This document shows positions 51,007-58,966 of a DNA stretch of 64,000 nucleotides, piece after piece. The DNA lies in contig JAAWGF010000003.1 of assembly GCA_022795155.1 (NCBI GenBank), forward strand, positions 13,775 through 77,774. The letters are read 5' to 3'. The notes beneath the pieces are model-generated. The model made no database searches and was not told the DNA's origin. It worked only from the letters and a program-made list of their open reading frames with translations. The DNA is from Bacilli bacterium (GTDB lineage Bacteria; Bacillota_I; Bacilli_A; RF39; UBA660). Made by a program: the position numbers and the translations under genes. Position 1 is the stretch's first letter; each line of letters starts with the position of its first letter.

Positions 51007-51459
51007 TTAAAACGTAAATCCTGTTTTTGTTTTATGCTTATAACCAATAACTGGATAATTTTGATTTTCTGAATCTTCATTAACTAGCATGACTTGAATA
51101 TCATAAAAACTTTTAACATCATCTGGCAAAAATTCAAGAATCTTATCGGCAAATCCTTTAGAAGTAATGATATCAACATCAGACTTTACTTTAATTATAA
51201 AGTCAGCTCTTCTACCTACAATATTATTATCAACACTAATAATTTGCTCTAAATTTTCTAATTCACTTTCAATTTTATCTAAATGCTCGTTTGTCATCTT
51301 ATGTTCTTCTATACCATCTAATCTATTACCAAAGATATCACCATGACTAGAGAAAAATAAATTTTTAGCAACAACAGCCCCTACAATTAAAACAATCAAA
51401 ATAATTACTAAAGCAATAACTAAAAGGCAATGCTTTTTAACAAATTCTAAAAATTTCAT
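51007..51459 (-). CDS. Hypothetical membrane-anchored protein
   Basis: 150 aa; single N-terminal TM. Confidence 0.35.
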   Translation of the reverse strand: MKFLEFVKKHCLLVIALVIILIVLIVGAVVAKNLFFSSHGDIFGNRLDGIEEHKMTNEHLDKIESELENLEQIISVDNNIVGRRADFIIKVKSDVDIITSKGFADKILEFLPDDVKSFYDIQVMLVNEDSENQNYPVIGYKHKTKTGFTF

Positions 51460-51596
51460 ATATTCACCTCAATAATAATAATTATACTATAAATAATTAT
51501 ATTTTTCAAATTTTTAATTTATTTACACGTTTAATTGTATATATATCGTAAACAAAAATGACAACCTCTTATCAAATCTAGAAGTTGTCGTTATTA

Positions 51597-52019
51597 TTAT
51601 TTTTCAATTCCTTCAAGTTTTTTTAAGACCTCGCGGGTTACAGCAATAGCTTTTTCTCTAACAGCTACAGCAGCATCCTCTAAAACTGGAGTACCCTTTT
51701 CAATCGCATAGCTAACCAATTCTTCAGCCATATTTTTTATATCATTAGCTTTTTTCTTAGCAATTTTTAAAACTTTCTCTTTATCTAAATCTTCTAATTC
51801 AGTTTTAATCTCAAAAATTTTAGCTTCAATATTTTCTTTTACTTCTTTAGCGTCTATATTTTTTACTTTTTCAATTAATTCATCAATTTTTTGTTTTAGT
51901 TCTTTTCTTGTTTCACTACCTTTTTTAGGAGCAAATAAAACGCCTAGAGTTGCTCCTACTCCTGCTCCTAATATAAATTTACCTAATCCTCTTTTTTTCT
52001 TTCCTTCTTTATTCTTCAT
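51597..52019 (-). CDS. ytxH: YtxH-family protein
   Basis: Start probably the internal Met (MKNKEGKKKRGLGKFILGAGVGATLGVLFAPKKGSETR), which matches the YtxH N-terminal glycine-zipper motif; coiled-coil remainder. Confidence 0.7.
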   Translation of the reverse strand: MKNKEGKKKRGLGKFILGAGVGATLGVLFAPKKGSETRKELKQKIDELIEKVKNIDAKEVKENIEAKIFEIKTELEDLDKEKVLKIAKKKANDIKNMAEELVSYAIEKGTPVLEDAAVAVREKAIAVTREVLKKLEGIEK

Positions 52020-52335
52020 TGTCCTCGTCTCCTTTTCTCTTTTTTCTCTTAAATAGTTTTCTAATACCATTAGCTATAAAACTTACAACTTTATCATTGA
52101 TGCTTGACAAAGTATCGGTCAAACTATCAATTACATCAAAAGCACCATCTAATTTACTAACCTTAGTATTTACATTAGTGACAATTTCATCAACTTTCTT
52201 TAAAGTATTAATCATTCTAAACACTAAAATAATTAATACTACTAATAATATAATCGCTAATATAAATAATATGACAGGAAAAACATCATACATTAAATCC
52301 ATTTTAATCGTCACCTTTCTCATACATTGAATCAA
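52009..52335 (-). CDS. DUF948/YtxG-like small membrane protein
   Basis: 108 aa; one TM then a coiled coil; ytxG-ytxH-like adjacency. Confidence 0.5.
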   Translation of the reverse strand: MIQCMRKVTIKMDLMYDVFPVILFILAIILLVVLIILVFRMINTLKKVDEIVTNVNTKVSKLDGAFDVIDSLTDTLSSINDKVVSFIANGIRKLFKRKKRKGDEDNEE

Positions 52336-53362
52336 TTAAATTAAATAAATCGCTTTGGGTTAAATCATCATCATCTTTAGTTTCTTCAATTCTTGTATTA
52401 TTATTCATAATATAATCTTCAACTAAATGATCATCCTCATCATAAGAATTGATAATTAAATCATCTAAAGATGATGTATCCTCTTTTTCTTTTTCTCCGT
52501 CTATGTTATCTAAGGTACTATTAATAGATAATTCTAAATTATCTAAAGTATTATTTAAATCAAAATCATTATCAACTTCGTCATCTTGTTCATGCTTTGC
52601 TTTATATTCTTCAATTGGTGAATTTAAAAACTCATCAACACTACTATACTCATTGTCGTCAACCAAATCCGTTAAAAGATTGTTTTTACTCTCCTCTTTT
52701 TCTTCTTTAGCACTATCGGGTTCCATAAATATTGATGATTTTGTAAATAATGACGTTTCTAAATCATCTTCTAATGTACCGTAAGCTTTTTTTCTTACAT
52801 CATCAATTGTTAATGGTTTTGATGGATCACGATATTCAGAATGAGTAACCTTTTTTGAGGAAATATCCTCTTTATGATAATTTTTATCAAGTACACCATA
52901 AATAGGTGAAATAATTGGCGTTGGCTTAAAGATCTTTGGTTCCTCTTTTTTTTCGATTTTAGCGCCATATATTTCTTTTTTTTCGGGCATTTTCTTTGTT
53001 TCAACTTTTTTGGTCTTCTCTTCTATTTTTTCAAAATCTTTATCATCAAAATAAACTGGAAAAACAAATTTCTCTTCTCTTTTTAAAATCTTTTTTTCTT
53101 CAACAGGTGCGATATTTTTTTCTTCATGTTGGAGAATTGGCTCGTCTAACGTATATTTTTTAATAATATCATTGTCTTCTAAAGATGTAGTAGTTCGTGA
53201 TAAATTTATTCTTGTAGGTGTAACTTTAGGTTGATATTCACTACTTCTTTTTAGCGGTTCTTCCTTTTCAATGCGTTCACTTTTAATTGATTGTTTAGTT
53301 TCAACTACTTCTTCCTCAACCTCTTCTGTAAACATGTTTTTAAATTTATCTATTAATCCCAT
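52304..53362 (-). CDS. Highly acidic, low-complexity E/K/D-rich protein, unknown function
   Basis: 352 aa; N-terminus MGLIDKFKNMFTEEVEEE; long E/K repeats; acidic C-terminus. Confidence 0.35.
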   Translation of the reverse strand: MGLIDKFKNMFTEEVEEEVVETKQSIKSERIEKEEPLKRSSEYQPKVTPTRINLSRTTTSLEDNDIIKKYTLDEPILQHEEKNIAPVEEKKILKREEKFVFPVYFDDKDFEKIEEKTKKVETKKMPEKKEIYGAKIEKKEEPKIFKPTPIISPIYGVLDKNYHKEDISSKKVTHSEYRDPSKPLTIDDVRKKAYGTLEDDLETSLFTKSSIFMEPDSAKEEKEESKNNLLTDLVDDNEYSSVDEFLNSPIEEYKAKHEQDDEVDNDFDLNNTLDNLELSINSTLDNIDGEKEKEDTSSLDDLIINSYDEDDHLVEDYIMNNNTRIEETKDDDDLTQSDLFNLIDSMYEKGDD

Positions 53363-53384
53363 TTAAATCACCTTATTCTTTCAT

Positions 53385-53984
53385 TTATTCATTAATATCG
53401 TATTTTAAATTGTCTGTATTTTCAACTCGTGATGTAAAAATATCATATTTTTCTTCTTTATTAACAAAATACTCATCGTTAAGCATTAATTTAATGACAT
53501 TATTATTAAATTTAATTGTTGATAAAATATATGTTGAATTTAAAATAACATCATTTATATCATCTTCATATACCATGGCTTCTATTTTAGCATAATTATA
53601 CATAAATTCAATTAAATAGCGATCATTTATCTTATTAATTTCTAAATATCCTTCTTGCCCATTAATATCAATATAGCGAGAATAATAAGCATCTTCATTT
53701 TCTTTATAGGTAAAAGCAATTTTATTATAATAACTAATTACATCAATATAAAGATAGTAATAATAGCCATTAGAGTACAATTTGTCATTCAACTCAGTTG
53801 TATCAATGTAGCTCATTCCACGAGGCACGTAATATTTATAGCCTTTTCCAACACGGTTATAAAGTTTATTATTTTTTGATAGTACTACATCAATAATATT
53901 ATCAATACTATCAGTATCTATTCTAACAATTGTACAACCAGTAAATAAAATTAAACAAAGTACAATTAAAATTATCTTTTTCAT
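53385..53984 (-). CDS. Lipoprotein, unknown function
   Basis: Signal peptide with lipobox LFTGC; 199 aa; Y/N-rich. Confidence 0.6.
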   Translation of the reverse strand: MKKIILIVLCLILFTGCTIVRIDTDSIDNIIDVVLSKNNKLYNRVGKGYKYYVPRGMSYIDTTELNDKLYSNGYYYYLYIDVISYYNKIAFTYKENEDAYYSRYIDINGQEGYLEINKINDRYLIEFMYNYAKIEAMVYEDDINDVILNSTYILSTIKFNNNVIKLMLNDEYFVNKEEKYDIFTSRVENTDNLKYDINE

Positions 53985-54052
53985 ATTTCACCACTCTTAT
54001 ATAAGTATAACAAAATTACAAAATTAAATAAAGTTTTTTGAGATGAAAATAT

Positions 54053-54682
54053 TTATTTAGTTACCTCAATATAATAAATTCGCATTCCCTTAGAAACAAA
54101 TTTTGTTTCATATTCAGTTGGAATATTTAAGCTTATATCATCAGCGTATAAATCTAGGCTAAGACTTTCTATCTTATAGCCATAATCAGTAAATGTTTTT
54201 ATGGAGTATTCAAACAAATGGCGATTATCCGTTTTCATAATAATTTTTTTGCTATTTTCAAAAATAGAATCATACTTTTCTAAAAAAGGAAAACTAGTCA
54301 ATCGACGATTAGTATGTCTCTTTTTTGGCCAAGGATCAGAAAAATTTAAATATAAACAAGCAATTTCTTTATGAAAAATATTCGCGATTTCTAACGCATC
54401 AATATTAATTAATTTTAAATTAGGTAAATCTGTATTTTCTAACTTTTCGACCGCCCTAACCATAACACTATCAAATTTCTCAATACCAATAAAATTAATA
54501 TCAGGATACTCGCAAGCATTTTTAATAATAAAGTCTCCTTTACCCATTCCTATTTCAATATATATTGGATTGTCATTTTTAAAAATATTATTAAATCGGC
54601 CTTTATAAGTTGTGGGATTTTTTATTATATATTTTGATTTGTCTATTTTTATTTGAGCGTTTTTAACTTTTCTAAGTCGCAT
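54053..54682 (-). CDS. trmB: tRNA (guanine46-N7)-methyltransferase
   Basis: 209 aa; SAM-binding IEIGMGKGDF; NFSDPWPKKRH motif typical of TrmB. Confidence 0.9.
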   Translation of the reverse strand: MRLRKVKNAQIKIDKSKYIIKNPTTYKGRFNNIFKNDNPIYIEIGMGKGDFIIKNACEYPDINFIGIEKFDSVMVRAVEKLENTDLPNLKLINIDALEIANIFHKEIACLYLNFSDPWPKKRHTNRRLTSFPFLEKYDSIFENSKKIIMKTDNRHLFEYSIKTFTDYGYKIESLSLDLYADDISLNIPTEYETKFVSKGMRIYYIEVTK

Positions 54683-54766
54683 AAAATCACCATACTTTAA
54701 TTAATTATATCACATATTTATGATAATAGCATATAATTAATTAGAATAATTAAAGGAGAGTGTAAA

Positions 54767-55093
54767 GTGAAAAAAGATAGAAATTGTGGAATGAATCCAT
54801 ACCCTGTTTATCAACCATACCAACAAGTAGGTCCTATGATGAATCCTGGTATGATGGCTCCTAGTATGATGCCACCTGTTATGGCACCAGGAAATATCCA
54901 AATGCCACCACAATATTCAATAAGCCAAGATAGTGTTAGTTCTAATACTATTGAACAGCAAATGGCTCAAATGCAACGACAAATCAATAATTTAGATGCC
55001 CGTGTTTCTAAATTAGAGAGTTCTATAAATACGATTGGTAATTCTTCATTTAATTCCAATCAATATTCAAGTGGCAACTACCACATTGTTTAA
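54767..55093 (+). CDS. P/M/Q-rich small protein (spore-coat-like composition), GTG start
   Basis: 108 aa; RBS AAAGGAGAG then GTG; Pro/Met/Gln-rich N half (PYPVYQPYQQVGPMMNPGMMAPSMMPPVMAPG) and coiled C half. Own terminator follows. Confidence 0.4.
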   Translation: MKKDRNCGMNPYPVYQPYQQVGPMMNPGMMAPSMMPPVMAPGNIQMPPQYSISQDSVSSNTIEQQMAQMQRQINNLDARVSKLESSINTIGNSSFNSNQYSSGNYHIV

Positions 55094-55118
55094 AAAACGT
55101 CTAAGACGTTTTTATTTT
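55094..55118 (+). terminator. Rho-independent terminator
   Basis: AAAACGTC-TAA-GACGTTTT followed by TATTTT. Confidence 0.6.
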
Positions 55119-55168
55119 AATTATAGTGATATAAAATTTAGTACAAAAAAAACAACATAGTTGTTTTT

Positions 55169-55921
55169 TTACTTTATTATTTCATATTTAATTAGAATAT
55201 ATTTTTCTTCTTGTTTTTTAAAAGTATATTTATATTCAGTTAATTTTTCTTTTAGTTCGTTTTTATGTTCATTGTAATAAGCTTCTAACAATTTTTTATT
55301 TTCTTCTAAATTTTCAGTCAGCTCTATTGTAAAAAGAGCGTTATCTAAATTATAATCATTGTTTTTTGATAATAATGCATTTTCATAACTACCAAAAAAA
55401 CCATTTTTTAAATTACCGTCTTGCATATTATAGAATATTTTCGTTATAGTTAATTCATAAGTATCATCATTATCTTTAAAATCAACAATATCAATATAGT
55501 CCGATACAACAAAATTTTTATTATTATATTCGCTATTTAAGTTAAATTTATGATCCTCATATTTATAGATAATAGTATCTCCATCAGTTATATCAGTAAA
55601 TTCGATATCTATATCACTACCAAAAATATTTATTAAATAATTTTTTACATCTTCTTCAGTAGTTGATTCAATACTATTAAGAGCTAATTGTAATTTAAAA
55701 TTGTTAGGTAATTCATTTATATTATCAATTGATGAATTATTTCTATCTATATATTCTAATTTATTCTCTTTAATAAGGTCTAAAAAATATTCCTCAGACA
55801 TTTTTTCTTTTTTCGTTGAATTAGTAAATAGTTTAATTATATTAAAAATCAAAAAAGCGCTTAGTATAACTAATATAACAATTCTAAATATATCTATTTT
55901 ATTTAAATTTAGTTTTTTCAT
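55169..55921 (-). CDS. Hypothetical membrane-anchored protein
   Basis: 250 aa; N-terminal TM; the stop sits in a palindrome AAAACAAC-ATA-GTTGTTTT (55144..55170) that can serve as a bidirectional terminator. Confidence 0.4.
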   Translation of the reverse strand: MKKLNLNKIDIFRIVILVILSAFLIFNIIKLFTNSTKKEKMSEEYFLDLIKENKLEYIDRNNSSIDNINELPNNFKLQLALNSIESTTEEDVKNYLINIFGSDIDIEFTDITDGDTIIYKYEDHKFNLNSEYNNKNFVVSDYIDIVDFKDNDDTYELTITKIFYNMQDGNLKNGFFGSYENALLSKNNDYNLDNALFTIELTENLEENKKLLEAYYNEHKNELKEKLTEYKYTFKKQEEKYILIKYEIIK

Positions 55922-55934
55922 AATCTCTCCTATT

Positions 55935-57299
55935 TTAATTATTACATATAAATTCTTTAGCTGTTTCTAAATCGCTAAAGTGAATTTTTTCATGATTTAT
56001 AATTTGATAATCCTCATGACCTTTTCCTAAAATAAGTAAAATATCATTTTGGTTAAGCATTTTGATACCTTCTATAATAGCCTCTTTTCGATTATATTTA
56101 ATTGTAAAATTATTTTTTATTAGTGGCTTAGTAATGTCATCCATGATAGCCTTTTCATCCTCTGTTCGTGGATTATCATTAGTAAATATAACAAAATCAG
56201 ATTTTTCAGTAGCAATAGTTCCCATTATTGGGCGTTTCGTTTTATCACGATCACCACCACAACCAATAATGGTAATAATACGCCCTTTTTTATATTCAGT
56301 GACACTATTTATAATGTTTTCGACAGCATCTGGTGTATGTGCATAATCAATGACAATAACAGCTTCCTTATATCTTAGCGTTTCAAAGCGACCATTTGGG
56401 GCTGTTAAGTTCTGTGATAGTCCAATAATTTGTTCAATACTATAACCCATTTTGTGCAAAATAATAAGTAAATTCATATAGTTATAGACATTATACTTAC
56501 CTGGTATATTTAATTTAACATCATATTCTTTTCTATCATAAATAAAAGTAAACTCACTTGAATCAATATTTAAATTATAAGACGTAATTCTATAATCAGA
56601 ATTAATATTAGTACCATAAATAACATTATTATTTTGTTCTAGGCAAAAATCTTTATAATATGGATCATCGCCATTTATAACAGCAATTTTATCATTTCTT
56701 AAATTTTCAAATAATTTAATTTTGGCTTTTTCATAATTTTCTAAACTCTCATGAAAATCTAAATGGTCTTGAGTCAAATTAGTGAATGATGCATAATCGA
56801 ATCCTAGTCCTAAAACACGGTCTAAAGCTAAAGCATGGCTACTTACTTCCATAGCTATTACTTCAACCTTATTTTGAATGCAATAGTCAAACATTTCATA
56901 TAAATCAATTAAGTCAGGGGTTGTATTATCCAAATCTTTTACTTTTCCATCAACATAAAAACCAATTGTACCTATATAAGCTGTTTTAACACCTAATTTA
57001 TTTAAAGCTTGATAAATAAGATAACAACTAGTTGTTTTACCATTAGTCCCTGTTATGCCGATAAATTTTATTTTCGATAAATCTTCTTTATATTTTTCTT
57101 TTAAGTAATTAGCTAGATAAACACGAGTATTTTCGACAATTTTAGTCTTAACACTATAGTCACCTTTTTCAGCAATTATTTCTGTAGCTCCATTTAAAAT
57201 AGCTTTATCAATAAAATCGTGCCCATCAATATTTAAACCTTTAATAGCTACAAAAGTGTCACCACTTTTTACTTTACGTGAATCAACTTGAATACTCAT
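55935..57299 (-). CDS. murE: UDP-N-acetylmuramoyl-L-alanyl-D-glutamate--2,6-diaminopimelate (or L-Lys) ligase MurE
   Basis: Start more likely the internal MSIQVDSRKVKSGD (57299). P-loop GITGTNGKTT; C-terminal DNPR motif (FTNDNPRTEDE), usually associated with meso-DAP-adding MurE. Confidence 0.9.
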   Translation of the reverse strand: MSIQVDSRKVKSGDTFVAIKGLNIDGHDFIDKAILNGATEIIAEKGDYSVKTKIVENTRVYLANYLKEKYKEDLSKIKFIGITGTNGKTTSCYLIYQALNKLGVKTAYIGTIGFYVDGKVKDLDNTTPDLIDLYEMFDYCIQNKVEVIAMEVSSHALALDRVLGLGFDYASFTNLTQDHLDFHESLENYEKAKIKLFENLRNDKIAVINGDDPYYKDFCLEQNNNVIYGTNINSDYRITSYNLNIDSSEFTFIYDRKEYDVKLNIPGKYNVYNYMNLLIILHKMGYSIEQIIGLSQNLTAPNGRFETLRYKEAVIVIDYAHTPDAVENIINSVTEYKKGRIITIIGCGGDRDKTKRPIMGTIATEKSDFVIFTNDNPRTEDEKAIMDDITKPLIKNNFTIKYNRKEAIIEGIKMLNQNDILLILGKGHEDYQIINHEKIHFSDLETAKEFICNN

Positions 57300-57300
57300 A

Positions 57301-58902
57301 TTATCCTCCCTCATTAAATAAATCTGGCAAGTCATTTTCTAATAAGACGAATGTCTCCTCACCTTTTAATTTCTCGATTAACACAAATGCTTCTTTAACA
57401 TCATTTAATATATATATATGCTTTTTGTCATATTTTTTTAGTATTAATCCATCATAAATTGGTTTAGTTTGTTGTTCACCAACTAAAATTACATCATCAC
57501 AAACATCGGCAATATATTCACCAAATTTATTATTTAACTCATACTGACTACTTCCAAGTTCAATCATTCCAGGCGTCACAATGATCTTTTTACCTGGCAT
57601 TAAATTTAAAACTTCTAAAGCCATTTTTGAACCAGTTGGATTAGAATTAAAAGCATCATCAATTAAATACATATCTTTATATTTTTTTAATTCTAAACGA
57701 TGTTCGATTGGCATTAAAGATTTAACTGCTGCTTGCATTTTAGGAATTGGGATATTTAATTCATAGCCTAATGCTAAAGCATCTAAAATATTATAAATGT
57801 TATGGCGCCCCAATAATTTTGTTTCAAAATCATATAATTTATCATCATTTTTAAATTTAACTTTAAAAGTTGTTCCTGTATGTGACAACTTAAGATTTGA
57901 GGCCATAACATCAGCTTTATTTTCAATACCAATCCAAATAATTTTACAAGTATTTTTAATTTTATAATTAACTTGTTTACTATCATCACGATTTAAAATC
58001 GCTACTCCATCACTAGGTAAAGTTTCAATAAGTTCAAATTTACCTTTAACAATATTTTCTTCACTTTTAAATGTTTCCAAATGAGCTACTCCAATTGTTG
58101 TTATAATCCCATATTTAGGTTTAGCTAAATTACATAAAATTTTTATATCTTTAAGTTTACAAGCTCCCATTTCGGCAATAAAAACATTATCAAATTTATC
58201 AAGTCCATTATTAATAGATTTCATAAGTCCATATGGGGTATTAAAACTTTTAGGCGTTGGGTAAGAATTATATTCACTACTTAGAATTGTATTTAAAATA
58301 TTTTTACTACTAGTTTTTCCATAGCTACCTGTAATACCTACAATTTCTAAATTAGGCATATTTTTTAATTTTTTCTTAGCTTTATTTAAATAGTAAAGAT
58401 AAACAAACTTTTCAGCTGGTATATTTATAATATTGATTATATAGGTTATTATAAATGATAGATAGCCAAATAAAGCAATAATTAAATAATAGTATAATAT
58501 ATACTCATCATTATAATTTCTATAGATAAAATATATTAAAGTTAAAAACAGAATAAATAAAGTTACAAATAATCGTTTAACGCGACTAGTTATAACAAAT
58601 GGTTTTTTTTGTTGTTCTTTTTTTATTAATTTTAATTCTATATAAAAGCATAGCGAAAATAATAAAAAGGCTACATATATATAATAATCTTTTAATATTA
58701 AAATTATTAATAATAATGGAAAAAGAGATAAATCATAAGTAATTAAAGTTTTAAATGGATTTTTAAATACCCATTTTATATATCGGTTGCTTACATTATA
58801 GGAGTTTTGTTGCAACATATAAATGGCTTTACGATATTTTAGAATCATATACAAAATAAATGGTATTAACGAAATTAATAAATTATTCATACTACTCACC
58901 AA
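57301..58902 (-). CDS. murF: UDP-MurNAc-tripeptide--D-Ala-D-Ala ligase MurF with unusual N-terminal polytopic membrane extension
   Basis: 533 aa. Residues after about 165 are a normal MurF (P-loop GITGSYGKTSS, central and C-terminal Mur ligase domains). The first roughly 150 aa are 4 to 5 hydrophobic helices in place of the usual MurF domain 1. Confidence 0.8.
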   Translation of the reverse strand: MVSSMNNLLISLIPFILYMILKYRKAIYMLQQNSYNVSNRYIKWVFKNPFKTLITYDLSLFPLLLIILILKDYYIYVAFLLFSLCFYIELKLIKKEQQKKPFVITSRVKRLFVTLFILFLTLIYFIYRNYNDEYILYYYLIIALFGYLSFIITYIINIINIPAEKFVYLYYLNKAKKKLKNMPNLEIVGITGSYGKTSSKNILNTILSSEYNSYPTPKSFNTPYGLMKSINNGLDKFDNVFIAEMGACKLKDIKILCNLAKPKYGIITTIGVAHLETFKSEENIVKGKFELIETLPSDGVAILNRDDSKQVNYKIKNTCKIIWIGIENKADVMASNLKLSHTGTTFKVKFKNDDKLYDFETKLLGRHNIYNILDALALGYELNIPIPKMQAAVKSLMPIEHRLELKKYKDMYLIDDAFNSNPTGSKMALEVLNLMPGKKIIVTPGMIELGSSQYELNNKFGEYIADVCDDVILVGEQQTKPIYDGLILKKYDKKHIYILNDVKEAFVLIEKLKGEETFVLLENDLPDLFNEGG

Positions 58903-58966
58903 TATAATTATACAATAAATTTAAAAAAATTAATAATAAAAAAGAGATTTTTATTCTCTTTTCCAT

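Noticed and set aside
52019-52330. 103-aa plus-strand ORF overlapping ytxG-like gene
   Set aside because: Antisense to a gene with a credible TM plus coiled-coil product; Ser/Leu-rich artefact.
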